Assembly: GCA_030390025.1 (NCBI GenBank)
Contig: CM059432.1
Span: 1,984,001-2,048,000, forward strand
Direction: 5' to 3'
Source of the DNA: Squalus acanthias
Taxonomy: Eukaryota
Length of the DNA stretch: 64,000 bases
The stretch's first letter is position 1. Each line of letters begins with the position of its first letter. The translations under genes and the position numbers were made by a program. Of the stretch, positions 1 to 11,779 are shown in pieces. The notes under the pieces were generated by a model. That model saw only the letters and a list, made by a program, of their open reading frames with translations. It did not search any database and was not told the origin of the DNA.

Positions 1-979
1 TGGCAAATGCAGTATAATGTGGATAAATGCGAGGTTATCCACTTCGGTGGCAAAAACAGGAAGACAGATTATTATATGAACGGCAATAGATTGGGAAAAG
101 GGGAAGTGCAACGAGACCTGGGTGTCCTTGTGCACCAGTCGTTGAACATAAGCATGCAGGTGCAGCAGGCGGTTAAGAAGGCAAATGGTATGTTGGCCTT
201 CATAGCGAGAGGATAAAGCTAAAGGTATCAAGGGATATGGGGAGAAGGCAGGTACAGGGTACTGAGTTTGGATGATCAGCCATGATCTCATCGAATGGCA
301 GAGCAGGCTCGAGGGGCCGAATGGCCTACTCCTGCTCCTATCTTCTATGTTTCTATGATTCGAGTACAGGAGCAAGGATGTCTTGCTGCAGTTGTACAGG
401 GCCTTGGTGAGACCATGCCTTGAGTATTGTGTGCAGTTTTGGTCGCCTTATCTGAGGAAGGATGTTCTTGCCATGGAGGGAGTGCAGCGAAGATTCACCA
501 GACTGATACGTGGGATGGCAGGAATGACGTATGAAGAGAGATTGGGTCGATTAGGCTTATATTCGCTAGAGTTTAGAAGAATGAGAGGGGATCTCATTGA
601 AACTTATAAAATTCTAACAGGACTAGACAGACTAGATGCAGGAAGGATGTTCCCGATGGCGGGGGAGTCCAGAACCAGGGTTCACAGTCTAAGGATAAGG
701 GGTAAGCCATTTGGGACTGAGATGAGGAGGAATTTCTTCACCCAGAGAGTGGTGAACCTGTGGAATTCTCTGCCACAGAAGGCAGTTGAGGCCAATTTAT
801 TAAATATATTCAAGAAGGAGTTAGATATATTTCTTAAGGCTAAAGGGATCGAGGGATTTGGGGAGAAAGCAGGGACAGGGTACTGAATTTGGATGATCAG
901 CCATGATCTCATTGAATGGCGGAGCAGGCTCGAGGGGCCGAATGGCCTACTCCTGCTCCTATCTTCTATGTTTCTATGT
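1..979 (+). mobile_element. CR1-clade LINE, 3' portion (ORF2 C-terminus + 3' UTR/tail), running off the window start
   Basis: ORFs 7-216 and 383-886 give CR1 ORF2 C-terminal motifs (QYNVDKCEVIHFG, LYRALVRPxLEYCVQFWSP, RRMRGDLIETYKIL, FFTQRVVNLWNSLP); ends in (TTCTATGT)n tail; near-identical to 35350-36183. Confidence 0.93.
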
Positions 980-1019
980 TTACCTGGACAGTCACCTGCG
1001 CTGAAAACACCGGCATGGA

Positions 1020-1425
1020 CCTCGATTTTAAAATTCTCAGCCTTGTTTTCAAATCCCTCCACGGCCTCACCCCCCTCTCCATCTCTGTAACCTCCTCCAG
1101 CCCCACAACCCCCTGAGATCTCTGCGCTCCTCCAATTCCGGCCTCTTGCCCATCCCCGATTTTAATCGCTCCATCATCGGTGGCCGTGCCTTCAGCTGCC
1201 TGGGCCCTAAGCTCTGGAATTCCCTCCCTAAACCTCTCCGCCTCTCTCTCCTCCTTTAAGATGCTCCTTAAAACCGACCTCTTTGACCAAGCTTTTGGTC
1301 ACCTGTCCTAATATCTCCTTATGTGGCTCGGTGTCGAATTCTATTTGATAATCGCTCCTGTGAAACGCCTTGGGACGTTTTACTACATTAAAGGTGCTAT
1401 ATAAATACAAGTTGTTGATGTTGTT
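1020..1425 (+). mobile_element. L2-clade LINE 3' fragment
   Basis: Encodes FKIL..VFKSLHG...RSLRSS...GGRAFS..GPKLWNSLP and ends in ...ATAAATACAAGTTGTTG; many copies in the window. Confidence 0.85.
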
Positions 1426-1640
1426 GGGCCGAATGACCTGTACCTGTAAATTCTAATGCAGGTACTACACTGCACAGAAAAAGCTACAGTACCATTGAGG
1501 ATATGTCATGGCAGTGTAACTAAGATTTTAAGCAGGCCGATTTCAGCAGGAATATAGCACGTTTCTTATTGTAAACTGTAGGAGTTCTTTGGGTGCAGTA
1601 TCCTGGCCCTTGTAGAATGGCAGTGGGAGTGGGCACAAAA

Positions 1641-2068
1641 TCCCATCCACCACCTTAAACATTCACTCCCTCCACCATCGGCGCACCGTGGCTGCAGTGT
1701 GTACCATCTACAAGATGCACTGCAGCAACTCGCCAAGGCTTCTTCAGCAGCACCTCCCAAACCCGCGACCTCTACCACCTAGAAGGACAAGGGCAGCAGG
1801 CACACGGGAACACCACCGCCTCCAAGTTCCCCTCCAAGTCACACACCGTCCTGACTTGGAAATATATCGGCCGTTCCTTCATCGTCGCTGGGTCAAAATC
1901 CTGGAACTCCCTCCCTAACAGCACTGTGGGAGCACCTTCACCACACGGACTGCAGCGGTTCAAGAAGGCGGCTCACCACCACCTTCTCAAGGGCAATTAG
2001 GGATGGGCAATAAATGCTGGGCCTTGCCAGCGACGTCCACATCCCATGAACGAATAATAGAAAAAAAA
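1641..2068 (+). mobile_element. CR1/L2-group LINE (poly(A)-tailed family) 3' fragment
   Basis: Same sequence as 18600-19018; 3' UTR hairpin GGGATGGGC..CCACATCCC followed by an A-rich tail. Confidence 0.8.
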
Positions 2069-2615
2069 TGGCACCCGCCTTACTTTGTCGCAACAACACA
2101 AGGTTGCGGCTCACTGCAAAAACACACTGACCTTTTGTGTTTAATTACCAGACCGATTCTGACAAAAAGATCACTGAAACTTCACTCATTATCAGAGCCC
2201 AGGAGTTCCAATTCTATTTTCACTTTTAAATCGACTCATCATCCAGTGCTTGTGGTTTTGCCTGGATTGCATCCCCGTGGTGCCAAAACTGCTTCATCTT
2301 CAGTTTTACAAAATCAATTACCAAACCTCACCTTGCTCATCTTATTATCAAAGGGGTGGGGGGTCCCGTAGCAAATTACTGGGAAATTCTGCAAATCCGT
2401 TTATATATTTAAAAAAAAAGTCAAAATTGTCTTTTTCTTGTTAACAAGCCAGCCCAAAAAAAAATCAAACATATTTATTCTGAACTTTTCAACCCTTGGC
2501 ATATTCTGATAAAATTACGATTTAAAAAAAAAATAACAAGTACAGTATGATGTTCAAAGGTTTAAAAATCCTGATTATACACCTCATGGGTGAATCCACA
2601 TTGCTCCCCTGCTCC

Positions 2616-2745
2616 ACTTCACCTGACGAAGGAGCAGTGCTCCGAAAGCTTGTGATTTCAAATAAAGCTGTTGGACTATAACCTGGTGTTGTGTGACTTC
2701 TCACATTTGTCCACCCCAGTCCAACACCGGCATCTCCGCATCATC
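2616..2745 (+). mobile_element. Penelope-like element (PLE) terminal-repeat fragment, non-coding
   Basis: Nearly identical to 30005-30132 and to the reverse complement of 46035-46115; carries a hammerhead core; the 30 kb copy shows the inverted arrangement typical of PLE pLTRs. Confidence 0.75.
2619..2655 (+). ncRNA. Minimal type I hammerhead ribozyme motif
   Basis: UCAC (stem I, 2619-22) - CUGACGA (2623-29) - A - GGAGC/AGU/GCUCC (stem II, 2631-43) - GAAA (2644-47) - GCUU (self-complementary stem III + NUH) - GUGA (stem I', 2652-55). Confidence 0.8.
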
Positions 2746-2862
2746 CCCAGTAGTGTGTTCAGTGATATCATGACTTGAATCTCAAATCACAGTTGACATT
2801 TGCACAAGTATCATTCAGTAAAATGGAAGCTACGGGCATCAGCGATGGCTCGTGTACTCTGT

Positions 2863-3328
2863 AAAAGAAAGACTTGGGGGGAAGAATTGGGTCGCGCCCC
2901 CTTTGGGGCGCTAACTTCGCCAGTGCCCCCAAAAAATTAGCGCCCCCCCCACGGCCAGAAATTCACCGGTAGTGCCCCAATAGAGCGGTCCCAAGCTCCC
3001 ACAAACAGCAATGTGACAATGACCAGATAATCTGTTTTCGTGATGTTGGTTGAGGGATAAATATTGGCCCAGGACACCGGGGAGAACTCCCCCTGCTCTT
3101 CTTCAGAATAGTGGCCTTGGGATCTTTTACGTCCACCTGAGAGGGGAGACGGGGCCTCGGTTTAACATCTCATCTGAAAGACGGCACCTCCGATAGTGCG
3201 GCACTCCCTCAGCACTGCAGTGGGAGTGTCGGCCTAGACTTTTGTGCTCAAGTCTCTGAGGTGGGATTCGAACCCACAACCTTCTGACTCAGAGGCGAGG
3301 GTGCTGCCCACTGAGTCACAGCTGTCAC
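2863..3328 (-). mobile_element. tRNA-headed Deu-domain SINE (SacSINE1-like); tail disrupted by a GC-rich Harbinger-like terminal fragment (2876-2990)
   Basis: Reverse complement of the 9095-9566 SINE incl. A/B boxes; 2876-2990 resembles the left end of the 6290/32401 MITE. Confidence 0.8.
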
Positions 3329-4545
3329 AGCCGTTGCCGAGTACTGCACCAGAAGTAGCCTCACTCAACTTGTTGATGTCCAAGAGAACACTGCAGCGCG
3401 GGTGAATCACTGGAACCCTCCGGCCGACCCCAACACCCGGGCTGCCCGTGCTGTCGCACGCACATTGCTCCCCCGTCCATTCGCCGCGGTGCCGCAACCC
3501 TTCGGGAAGTCCAGTGGATCGCGGAAAGCCAACGACTCCCCATCCACCAGGATCTCAACAACGTCCCTCACCACCGCTCGAAGTCCCGCCAGCCCTCTTG
3601 GACCCACGCGCTTAACCTCGGACAATGTGACTTCAGCCCTGACGGTGCTCGGAAAGCCAAATAGAGTTCGCAAGAAGTCCACAAAAAAACACCTCGTGAA
3701 AGACCCAGCGCGGAAGCTCCCTGGCTTCAAACTTCCGCGAAGTTCATGGGCAAAATCAACAATAACAACTTATATTTATACAGCACCTTTAACGTAATAA
3801 ACGTCCCAAGGCGCTCCACAGGAGTGTTAACAAAAAAAATGTAAAAAACTGACACTAAGCCATATAAAGACACATTAGGGTAGATGACCAAAAGCCTGGT
3901 CAAAGAGGTAGGTTTTAAGGAGCGTCTTAAAGGAGGAGAGAGAGGTAGAGAGGTTTAGGGAGGGAATTCCAGAGCTTAGGGCCCAGGCAGCTGAAGGCAC
4001 GGCCACCAATGGTGGAGCGATGGAAATCGGGGATGCTCAAGAGGCCAGAATTGGAGGAGCTCAGAGATCTCGGAGGGTTGTGGGGCTGGAGGAGATTATA
4101 GAGATAGAAAGGGGCGAGATCATGGAGGGATTTGAAAACAAGGATGAGAATTTTGAAATCGAGGTGTTGCCAGACCGGGAGCCAATGTCGGTCAGCGAGC
4201 ACAGGGGATGATGGGTGAACGGAACTCAGTGCGAGTTAGGACACGGGAAGCCGAGTTTTGGATGAGCTCAAGTTTATGGAGGGTAGAACGTGGGAGGCCG
4301 GCCAGGTGTGCGTTGAACCCTAAACCACGTGCGCACTAACCGTGGCCGGCGCGGGTACTTGGTGCACAAACGGCGAATTAAAATCTCCCCAGTGTGCGAC
4401 TATGGTCACCCAGAACAGACCACGGAACATAGAACGACTCAACGCCCCGTTCACAAATACGGAGGAGGCATCACAGCGACACGCTCCGCTACTCCTGACC
4501 CAATTACCTGGCTTAACCACCTCACTGCAAAATTATAGTTGTTGC
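3329..4545 (+). mobile_element. RTE-X-like LINE ORF2 C-terminal relic, split by an L2 insertion (3755-4315)
   Basis: Across frameshifts reads VAEYC..LVDVQ.NTA.RVITGTLRPT...LPIHQDL...LPGFKLPRSSWA|TLNHVRTNRGRRGYLVHK...SPVCDYGHPEQTTEH, i.e. a decayed C-terminal CCHC knuckle region as I know it from RTE-X. Confidence 0.7.
3755..4315 (-). mobile_element. L2 LINE 3' fragment
   Basis: ORF 3927-4202(-): HWLPV.Q..DFKILILVFKSLH...GGRAFSCLGPKLWNSLP. Confidence 0.85.
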
Positions 4546-4602
4546 TCCACATCTACATCAGCCTTGCGCAGTGGCAGTAAAATGGTTGTTACAAATAAAA
4601 GA

Positions 4603-4840
4603 GAGTCAGAGGGTGGTGAATCTTTGGAATTCTCTACCCCAGAGAGCTGTGGATGCTCAGTCGTTGAGTATATTCAAGGCTGAGATCGATAGATTTTTGG
4701 ACTCGAGGGGAATCAAGGGATATGGGGATCAGGCGGGAAAGTGGAGTCGAGGTCGATGATCAGCCATGATCTTATTGAATGGCGGAGCAGGCTCGAGGGG
4801 TCGTATGGCCGACTCCTGCTCTTAATTCTTATGTTCTTAT
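4603..4840 (+). mobile_element. CR1 3' tail fragment
   Basis: QRVVNLWNSLPQRAV... followed by the conserved 3' UTR and TTCTTATG tail. Confidence 0.85.
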
Positions 4841-5085
4841 ATCAATTAATCTCTCCTGCCTCCCACCCTATCACAGACCTTCCCTTTTGTTCTTTCCTCC
4901 CCTCTCCCCTTTCCCTGCCCCTACACTTGCTGAAAACCTGTTCCATCTCCAACTTCTGACGAAGGGTCGGCCTGTAATGTTAACTCTGTTTCTCTCTCCA
5001 CGGATGCTGCCTGACCGGCTGAGTATTTCCAGCATTTTCTGTCTATATTTCAGATTTCCAACAATTAGGAGCATTTTGCTTTTGT
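4841..5085 (+). mobile_element. Second PLE-type terminal fragment with decayed hammerhead motif
   Basis: CTGACGA (4956-62) - AGGGTCGGCCT - GTAA (degenerate GAAA) - TGTTAACT, then a pyrimidine-rich tail shared with 30615-30700. Confidence 0.55.
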
Positions 5086-5699
5086 AAGGGTGGGGAGGGG
5101 AATCCTTTCTCTGTGCCCCTCGGTGTAGCAAAATCATAAAGACATTTACAAATGTTGCATTTCCAATTTCCACCACCCCGAGTGCACAGCGGAAATCCTC
5201 CCCGATCGAGGTATTAAAAACCTTGATGTCGTGACCGAGTAGCAATGACGGGCAGATGGTGTTCGGCTTCCCACTCCTTGTTTGACCTTTACTTTGCTCA
5301 AACTCACCTCCATTCGAGGCGGCTTTCAATGAAGCCCCGTAGCCAAGAAATCCAAGGTACGCTCAACGGGATGACCAGTTGTAATTGTTTGTATGGTCAC
5401 ATCTCGGAGAATGGCTCGCTACAGGAATAGACTCCTAGCCGCAGGTAATCCACGATTTACATGATTGCTGCTATTCTTAGTTTCTTATTCTGAGCACTGC
5501 AAAGGCTGCCGGGTATTAACACTTAGGAGGTTGATTTGCCCATGAATCGAAGCATCAACAATGTGGACCGCAAACTGTGCGGTATAATATCTCTGGAGGA
5601 TGAGAATTTCAGTGCAATTTTTCCCAAGATTGTCTTAGGGGGAAGCTAAGTAAACGCATGAGGGAGAAAGGGAAAGAAAGAAAGAAAGAAAGATATGTT

Positions 5700-6289
5700 G
5701 TGCTGAATGTTATGCTGAACCTTTTATAAATTGCTGGTTAGGCCACAACTGGAGTATTGCATCCAGTTCTGGTCACCACAATTTCGGAAGGATGTGAAGG
5801 CCCTTGAGAGGGTGCAGAGGAGATTTACCAGAATGGTTCCGGGGATGGGGGATCTTAGCTACAAGGAAAGATTGGAGAAACTGGATTTGTTTTCATTAGA
5901 GCAAAGGAGGTTGAGGGGTGATTTGATAGAGGTGAACAAGATTATGACGGGTTTGGATAGGCTAGACGGGGAAAGGCTGTTCCCACTAGTTGATGGTACA
6001 AGGACTAGGGGACACAGATTTAAGGTTTTGGGCAAGAGATACAGGGGGGACGTGAGGAAAAACTTTGTTACGCAGCGAGTGGTGAGGACCTGGAACTCGC
6101 TGCCGATGGAAGTGGTGGAAGCGGAGACACTCAATGTTTTCAAGGGAGACTGGATAGGCACTTGAGGGAAATAAACTTGCCGGGCTATGGGGATAGAGCG
6201 GGGGAATGGGACTGACTGGATTGCTCTACAGAGAGCCGGCACGGACTCGATGGGCCAAATGGTCTCTTTCTGTGCCGTTATGACTCTAT
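5700..6289 (+). mobile_element. CR1 LINE 3' fragment (second family)
   Basis: ORF 5731-6165: LVRPQLEYCIQFWSP...RRLRGDLIEV..RTRGH; its tail is interrupted by the MITE at 6290. Confidence 0.88.
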
Positions 6290-7186
6290 GGGGGAGAAAT
6301 TCAGTATCGCCCCATTTGGGGCGCAATTATCGGCCGGGCGCAAAGATTAGCGCCTGGCACTAATTATCGCCACCGACTGCAAACTTGACTTTTATCGCCC
6401 CTGGAGGTGATTGGAGCGCTAAATCAGGCGCTTCACACCTGTCTTAAGGCGCAAAGGCCGAGGAGCGAGGCGCTACCTCAGAGCGCTGGCGAAGCTCATG
6501 TGATGTCAGTCAGCAATGGAACACACACACAATGGCAATGGGCCAGTTCTTAAAGGGGATGGTTAATCTCACTTTCCATCCACATCCTGCTAATTGCAGC
6601 CTTGAATCTCGGCCTGGAGAGACCTGTACATCAAATCTGCTGGAAAGAACAATGGAGAGTACCAGGCAAAGAGCTCAGAGTGCAGCCCCCACAGTCTCTT
6701 CTAAATTGATACAAGGAATGGCAAATCAAAATGAAGCTGCAAAGTGCTGCTCAGTACCCAAAACTCCTTCACACAACGTTGAATCTCTCCAGAAGTCTCT
6801 CTCTCTCTCTTCTCTCAGAATGCGTAGTTCAAAAATGGCACCAACAATAAAAGGCAGGAAGCGGTCACCTTTAAATAGCGTTCCCCCTTTCCCTTCATGA
6901 CTGCAGAACGCTCCATCAAACTGTCGTTGCTAGCGTCAGGCGGTAAGGCAGGGGGGCGCCACTCAATATCCGCTCCGGGGCGATACCGGGGCGTTGCGCA
7001 CTCGACTGACGTCACGATCTGCCGGCGCAGGAGATCGTGGCGGTAGTGTTTAGCGCCGCCGCAAAATGTCTAGTTAATTTCGCGAGCGGCGCAAACTTTG
7101 CCGCGCCTGGGCACTAGATGCTTTGCGCCCCATTAGCGCCCCCTTAAGGCGCTAACGGGAGGCGCAACCAACTGAATTTTTCCCCC
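6290..7186. mobile_element. Non-autonomous DNA transposon (PIF/Harbinger-like MITE), copy 1, 897 bp
   Basis: Termini GGGGGAGAAATTCAGT ... ACTGAATTTTTCCCCC; 3-bp TSD TAT (6287-89/7187-89); colinear with 32401-33293; no transposase ORF. Confidence 0.8.
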
Positions 7187-7221
7187 TATGACTATGAGAA
7201 AGATAGAAAAAAAGAGAAAGA

Positions 7222-7542
7222 AAAAGACAGACTTGCATTTCTACAGCACCTTTCACGACCTCAGAACATCCCAAAGCACTTTACAGCCAATGAAGTATTT
7301 TTGAAGTGTAGTCACTGTTGTAATGTAGGAAACGTGGCAGCCAATTTGCACACAGCAAGCTCCCACAAACAGCAATGTGATAACGACCAGATAATCTTTT
7401 TCAGTGATGTTGGTTGAGGGATAAATATTGGCCCAGGACGCCGGGGAGAACTCCCCTGCTCTTCTTCAAATAGTGGCCACAGGATCTTTTACGTCCACCT
7501 GAGAGAGCAGACGGGGCCTCGGTTTAACATCTCATCCGAAAG
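7222..7542 (-). mobile_element. Deu-domain SINE, 3' two-thirds
   Basis: Reverse complement of 9240-9566. Confidence 0.85.
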
Positions 7543-8254
7543 AAGCATACGCTGATAGGGTGAGATGAAGAGGGGTGGGAGGAGGCTCGTGTGGAGCATA
7601 AACACCGGCACGGACCAGTTGGGCGGAATGGCCTGTTCCTGGGCTGTAGACTCGATGTAACTCGATGCGGTTCAGGCGTATGCAGGTTCAGAAGTTGACT
7701 TTCGCAGGCTTGCAAGCCATTATCGTGTCCTCTCCTGAATACTCCTTCAAAGTTTGACATCTACATAAGAACACAAGAATTAGGAGCAGGAGTCGGCCAT
7801 ACGGCCCCTCGAGCCTGCTCCGCCATTCAATAAGATCATGGCTGTTCTTCGACCTCAACTCCACTTTCCCGCCCGATCCCCATATCCCTCGATTCCCTGA
7901 GAGTCCGAAAATCACCTGGAGTGCTGAAAGATGGAGGACTGACGGTCGCCAAGCAATCATCCCTCTTTATGCACAACTCCATCTTTGGGTGCTTTCCTAG
8001 CAACCGTCACCATTAAATTTTAAACACGGTCATTAAATCTGAAGAACTTGTGGATTTGGAATCACTCCATAACTATCCAATTAAAGGCTAATAAAATCTT
8101 AAACAGTTGCTGCACACATCTTCCTTTTCATAAACCAAAAATAAGCCACTATATATATATTTATATATATATATAGAAAGACTGAACAGGCTTCTCTAGA
8201 AAACAGAAGGCTGAGGGATGACCTAATAGAGGTCTTTAAAAATGATGAAGGGGT

Positions 8255-9035
8255 TCCTCCCCCCCTCCCTATCTCTGTAATCTCCTCCAGCCTCACAACC
8301 CCCCGAGATCTCTGCGCTCCTCTAATTCTGGCCCTCTTGAGCATCCCCGATTATAATCGCTCAACCATTGGTGGCCGTGCCTTCTGTTGCCTGGGCCCTA
8401 AGCTCTGGAATTCCCTGCCTAAACCGCGCCACCTCTCCATCTCTCTTTCCTCCTTTAAGATGATCCTTAAAACGTACCTCTTCGACCAAGCTTTTGGTCA
8501 CTTGTCCTAATTTCTCTTATGTGGCTCGGTGTCAAATTTTTTTGTCTTATAACACTCCTGTGAAACGCCTTGGGACGTTTTCGCTACGTTAAAGGCACTA
8601 TATAAATACAAGTTGTTGTTGTTGTTTGACGGGGTCGATGTGGAGAAGATGTTTCCATCACCAAGACCGCCTATTTCCACCCCCGTAACATCGTCCGTCT
8701 CCGCCCCTGCCTCAGCCCATCTGCTGCTGAAACCCTCATCCCTGCCTTTGTTACCTCCAGACCCGACTATTCCAACGCACTCCTGGCACCCTCCGTAAAC
8801 TTGAGCTCATCCAGAATTCGGCTGCCGGTGTCCTAACTCGCACCAAGTCCCGTTCACCCATCACCCCCTGTGCTCACTGACCTACATTGGCTCCCGGTCC
8901 GGCAACACCTCGATTTAAAAACTCTCACCCTTGTTTTAAAAATCCCTCCAGGGCCTCGCCCCCTCCCTATCTCTGTAACCTCCTCCGGCCCTACAACCCT
9001 CCGAGATATCTGCACTCCTCCAATTCTGGCCTCTA
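8255..9035 (+). mobile_element. Two adjacent L2 fragments
   Basis: 8255-8625 ends in the GTT tail; 8655-9035 encodes LTDLHWLPVRQHLDLK. Confidence 0.8.
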
Positions 9036-9094
9036 GATGTGGCTCAGTGGGCAGTAGGTGGTTGACTTGTAAGATGAAATGGAGGCTTTCGGGA

Positions 9095-9566
9095 GTCAGC
9101 CGTGGCTCAGTGGGCCGCACCCTCGCCTCTGAGTCAGAAGGTTGTGGGTTCAAGTCCCACTCCAGAGACTTGAGCACAAAAATCTAGGCTGACACTCCCA
9201 GTGCAGTGCTGAGGGAGTGCTGCACTGTCGGAGGTGCCGTCTTTCAGATGAGACATTAAATCGAGGCCCCGTCTGCTCTCTCAGGTGAACGCAAAAGATC
9301 CCACGGCCCCTATTTCGAAGAAGAGCAGGGGGGAGTTCTCCCCAGTGTCCTGGGGCCAATATTTATCCCTCAATCAACGTCACTAAAACAGATGATCTGG
9401 TCATTATCACATTGCTGTTTGTGGGAGCTTGCTGTGCGCCAATTGGCTGCCTGCGTTTCCTACATTACAACAGTGACTACACTTCAAAAAGTACTTCATT
9501 GGCTGTAAAGCACTTTGGGACGTCCGGTGGTCGTGGTAGGCGCTATAGAAATGCAAGACTTTCTTT
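9095..9566 (+). mobile_element. Full-length tRNA-headed Deu-domain SINE (SacSINE1-like)
   Basis: Pol III A box TGGCTCAGTGG (9103-13), B box GGTTCAAGTCC (9147-57), central Deu-like core (GGAGGTGCCGTCTTTCAGATGAGAC...), L2-like tail ending AAATGCAAGACTTTCTTT. Confidence 0.85.
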
Positions 9567-9721
9567 CCCATCGCTCCACCATCGGCGGCCGTGCCTTCAG
9601 CTGCCTGGGCCCCAAGCTCTGGAATTCCCTCCCGAAACCTCTCCTCCTTTAAGACGCTCCTTAAAACCGACCTCGGTCACCTGTCCTAATATCTCCTTAT
9701 GTGGCTCAGGCGTCAAATGTG

Positions 9722-10247
9722 GTTTAAGGAAGGATATACTTGCCATAGAGGGAGTGCAACGAAGGTTCACCAGACTGGTTCCTGGGATGGGGGGATTATC
9801 CGATGAGGAGAGATTGAGTAGACTAGGCCTATATTATCTAGAGTTTAGAAGAATGGGAGGTGATCTCATTGAAACATACAAAATTCTTACAGGGCTTGAC
9901 AGGGTAGATGCAGGGAGGATGTTTCCCCTGGCTGGGGAGTCTAGAACCAGGGGTCACAGTCTCAGAATAAGGGGTCGGCCATTTAGGACTGAGATGAGGA
10001 GAACTTTCTTCACTCAGAGGGTGGTGAATCTTTGGAATTCTCTACCCCAGAGGGCTGTGGAGGCTCAGTCATTGAATATATTCAAGACAGAGATCAAAAG
10101 ATTTTTGAATATTAAGGGAATCAAGAGATATGGGGATCGGGCGGGAAAGTGGAGTTGAGGTCGAAGATCAGCCACGATCTTATTGAATGGCGGAGCAGGC
10201 TCGAGGGGCCGTGTGGCCGACTCCTGCTCCTATTTCTTATGTTCTTA
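9722..10247 (+). mobile_element. CR1 LINE 3' fragment
   Basis: C-terminal half of ORF 9412-10158 (LRKDILAIEGVQRRFTRL...) plus tail. Confidence 0.9.
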
Positions 10248-11779
10248 TCGCTCCTGTGAAGTGCCTTGGGGATGTGTAAAGGCGCGGTATATAAATACAA
10301 GTGGTTGTTGTTGTTTCCGGAATACAATCTGAAGCCGAATTCCCCGACCAAAGCAGACAACAACAACAACAACAACAATACGCACACAAGCTCCTATACA
10401 AATCCTAGCGAGGAGCCTCTTCATGGGGCACTTTTGTAACGATTAAGTGCCGCACATCGGCACGGCGTTCTTTGTGTGCGGCAGTTCGGGCGGGCAGAAT
10501 GCACTTGCAGCCTTCCATTACCTTCCAACATATTTCCTGTAGCCGCCTGTGCAGTTTTATGACTCCATTTATGTCAGTGTCCTAGTGTCGTCTGGTAACA
10601 AACTGGCTACAATTAGAGCCTCGCTAAAGCCCCACAATGCAGCGGAAACAACAGGAAGTCTCCCTGAACCTCCCCCACCTCCCTCCCCCCCCCCCCCCCC
10701 GCCGCGCCCACTCCCCAACGCACTGGGTTTACACTGCGACCCCAAAAAGTCTATTTATCATCAGAGTTTTTCTGCGGTCCTGTCTGTTTAAAGCGCGCAC
10801 TAATTAAGATGTATCTCGTGAACAAGTGGCTGCTTTTTTTTTTTCACCCTACTCTTTTAACATATCATGTATGCACTAAGCAATCTTCCCTGGGTTTCAT
10901 AATGAGAAAACTGTGATATGCAGGAAAAAAAAACTCTGCGAAATCTTCTATCCTCCCAGGAGACCTCCCTTGATGCCAAGCATTCATCATCGAGCTTCTA
11001 ATATCAGTTATTTGGAGCCTCCTCTGCTTACAGCAGAATTAATTTTTTCCCTTAATTACTCTCTATGCTGGAATGCTGATGAAGGCAAGGGACGCAGCAT
11101 TTGGGGACTTGGGCCGAGTTCCCACTGCTTTAATTTGAGTGAATTCCACCAGGAGACTCAGGCAAACAACTGGCAGGGTAAATCCGACGGAGCAGCTAGG
11201 GAGCGACCGGAGAGCGGCAGATTCTACCAGTCTGCCCAAGTTTCTGGAGGGAGGGAGGGAGAAGGGGGGTGGGGGTGGGGGGGGGGAGAGAGAGAGAGAG
11301 AGAGAGAGTGAGAGAGAGAGAGAAAAGGGACGGCTGTTACTAGCAAATTCGCGACACAGTTGATGGTGCTAACAGTTGGAAGCTGCGCTCACAGCCTGCT
11401 CCCAGTGCACCAACACACGCCGCGACCTCAGTGATTGCAGCCCTCCCCTTCCCCTCCTGCCCGCATCTGCTGCACATCTGCGGACACTGCCTCAGACAGA
11501 ATCCCGCACACAGACCGTCCAAACAATCCTACTCGCTGCCGATAAATAAAAATTAAACGAGGGGAAAGACAAGACGCTCGGATTAAGGCTCAAAAGCCTA
11601 ATTTGCAATATAGATTGGAACTGAATGAATCCAAACGAGAGAGAGAGAGAGAGAGAGAGAAAAGATATCAATTTGTTTGTCCGGCTAATTCATCTTTCAT
11701 ATCTCTGTGGCGTTCTGTGAAAGGAAGCTGTTGTCTAAGGAACGTAGCAACATACTTTTGTTACATCAACAAAAGTATG

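Noticed and set aside
6532..6900. 122-aa ORF inside the MITE as a possible transposase or cargo gene
   Set aside because: No DDE or Myb motifs; the reading frame is not preserved in copy 2.
9095..9165. tRNA gene-like A/B boxes
   Set aside because: Head of a SINE; it continues into the SINE body in every copy.
9412..10158. 248-aa ORF
   Set aside because: Chance read-through across SINE, L2 and CR1 fragments.
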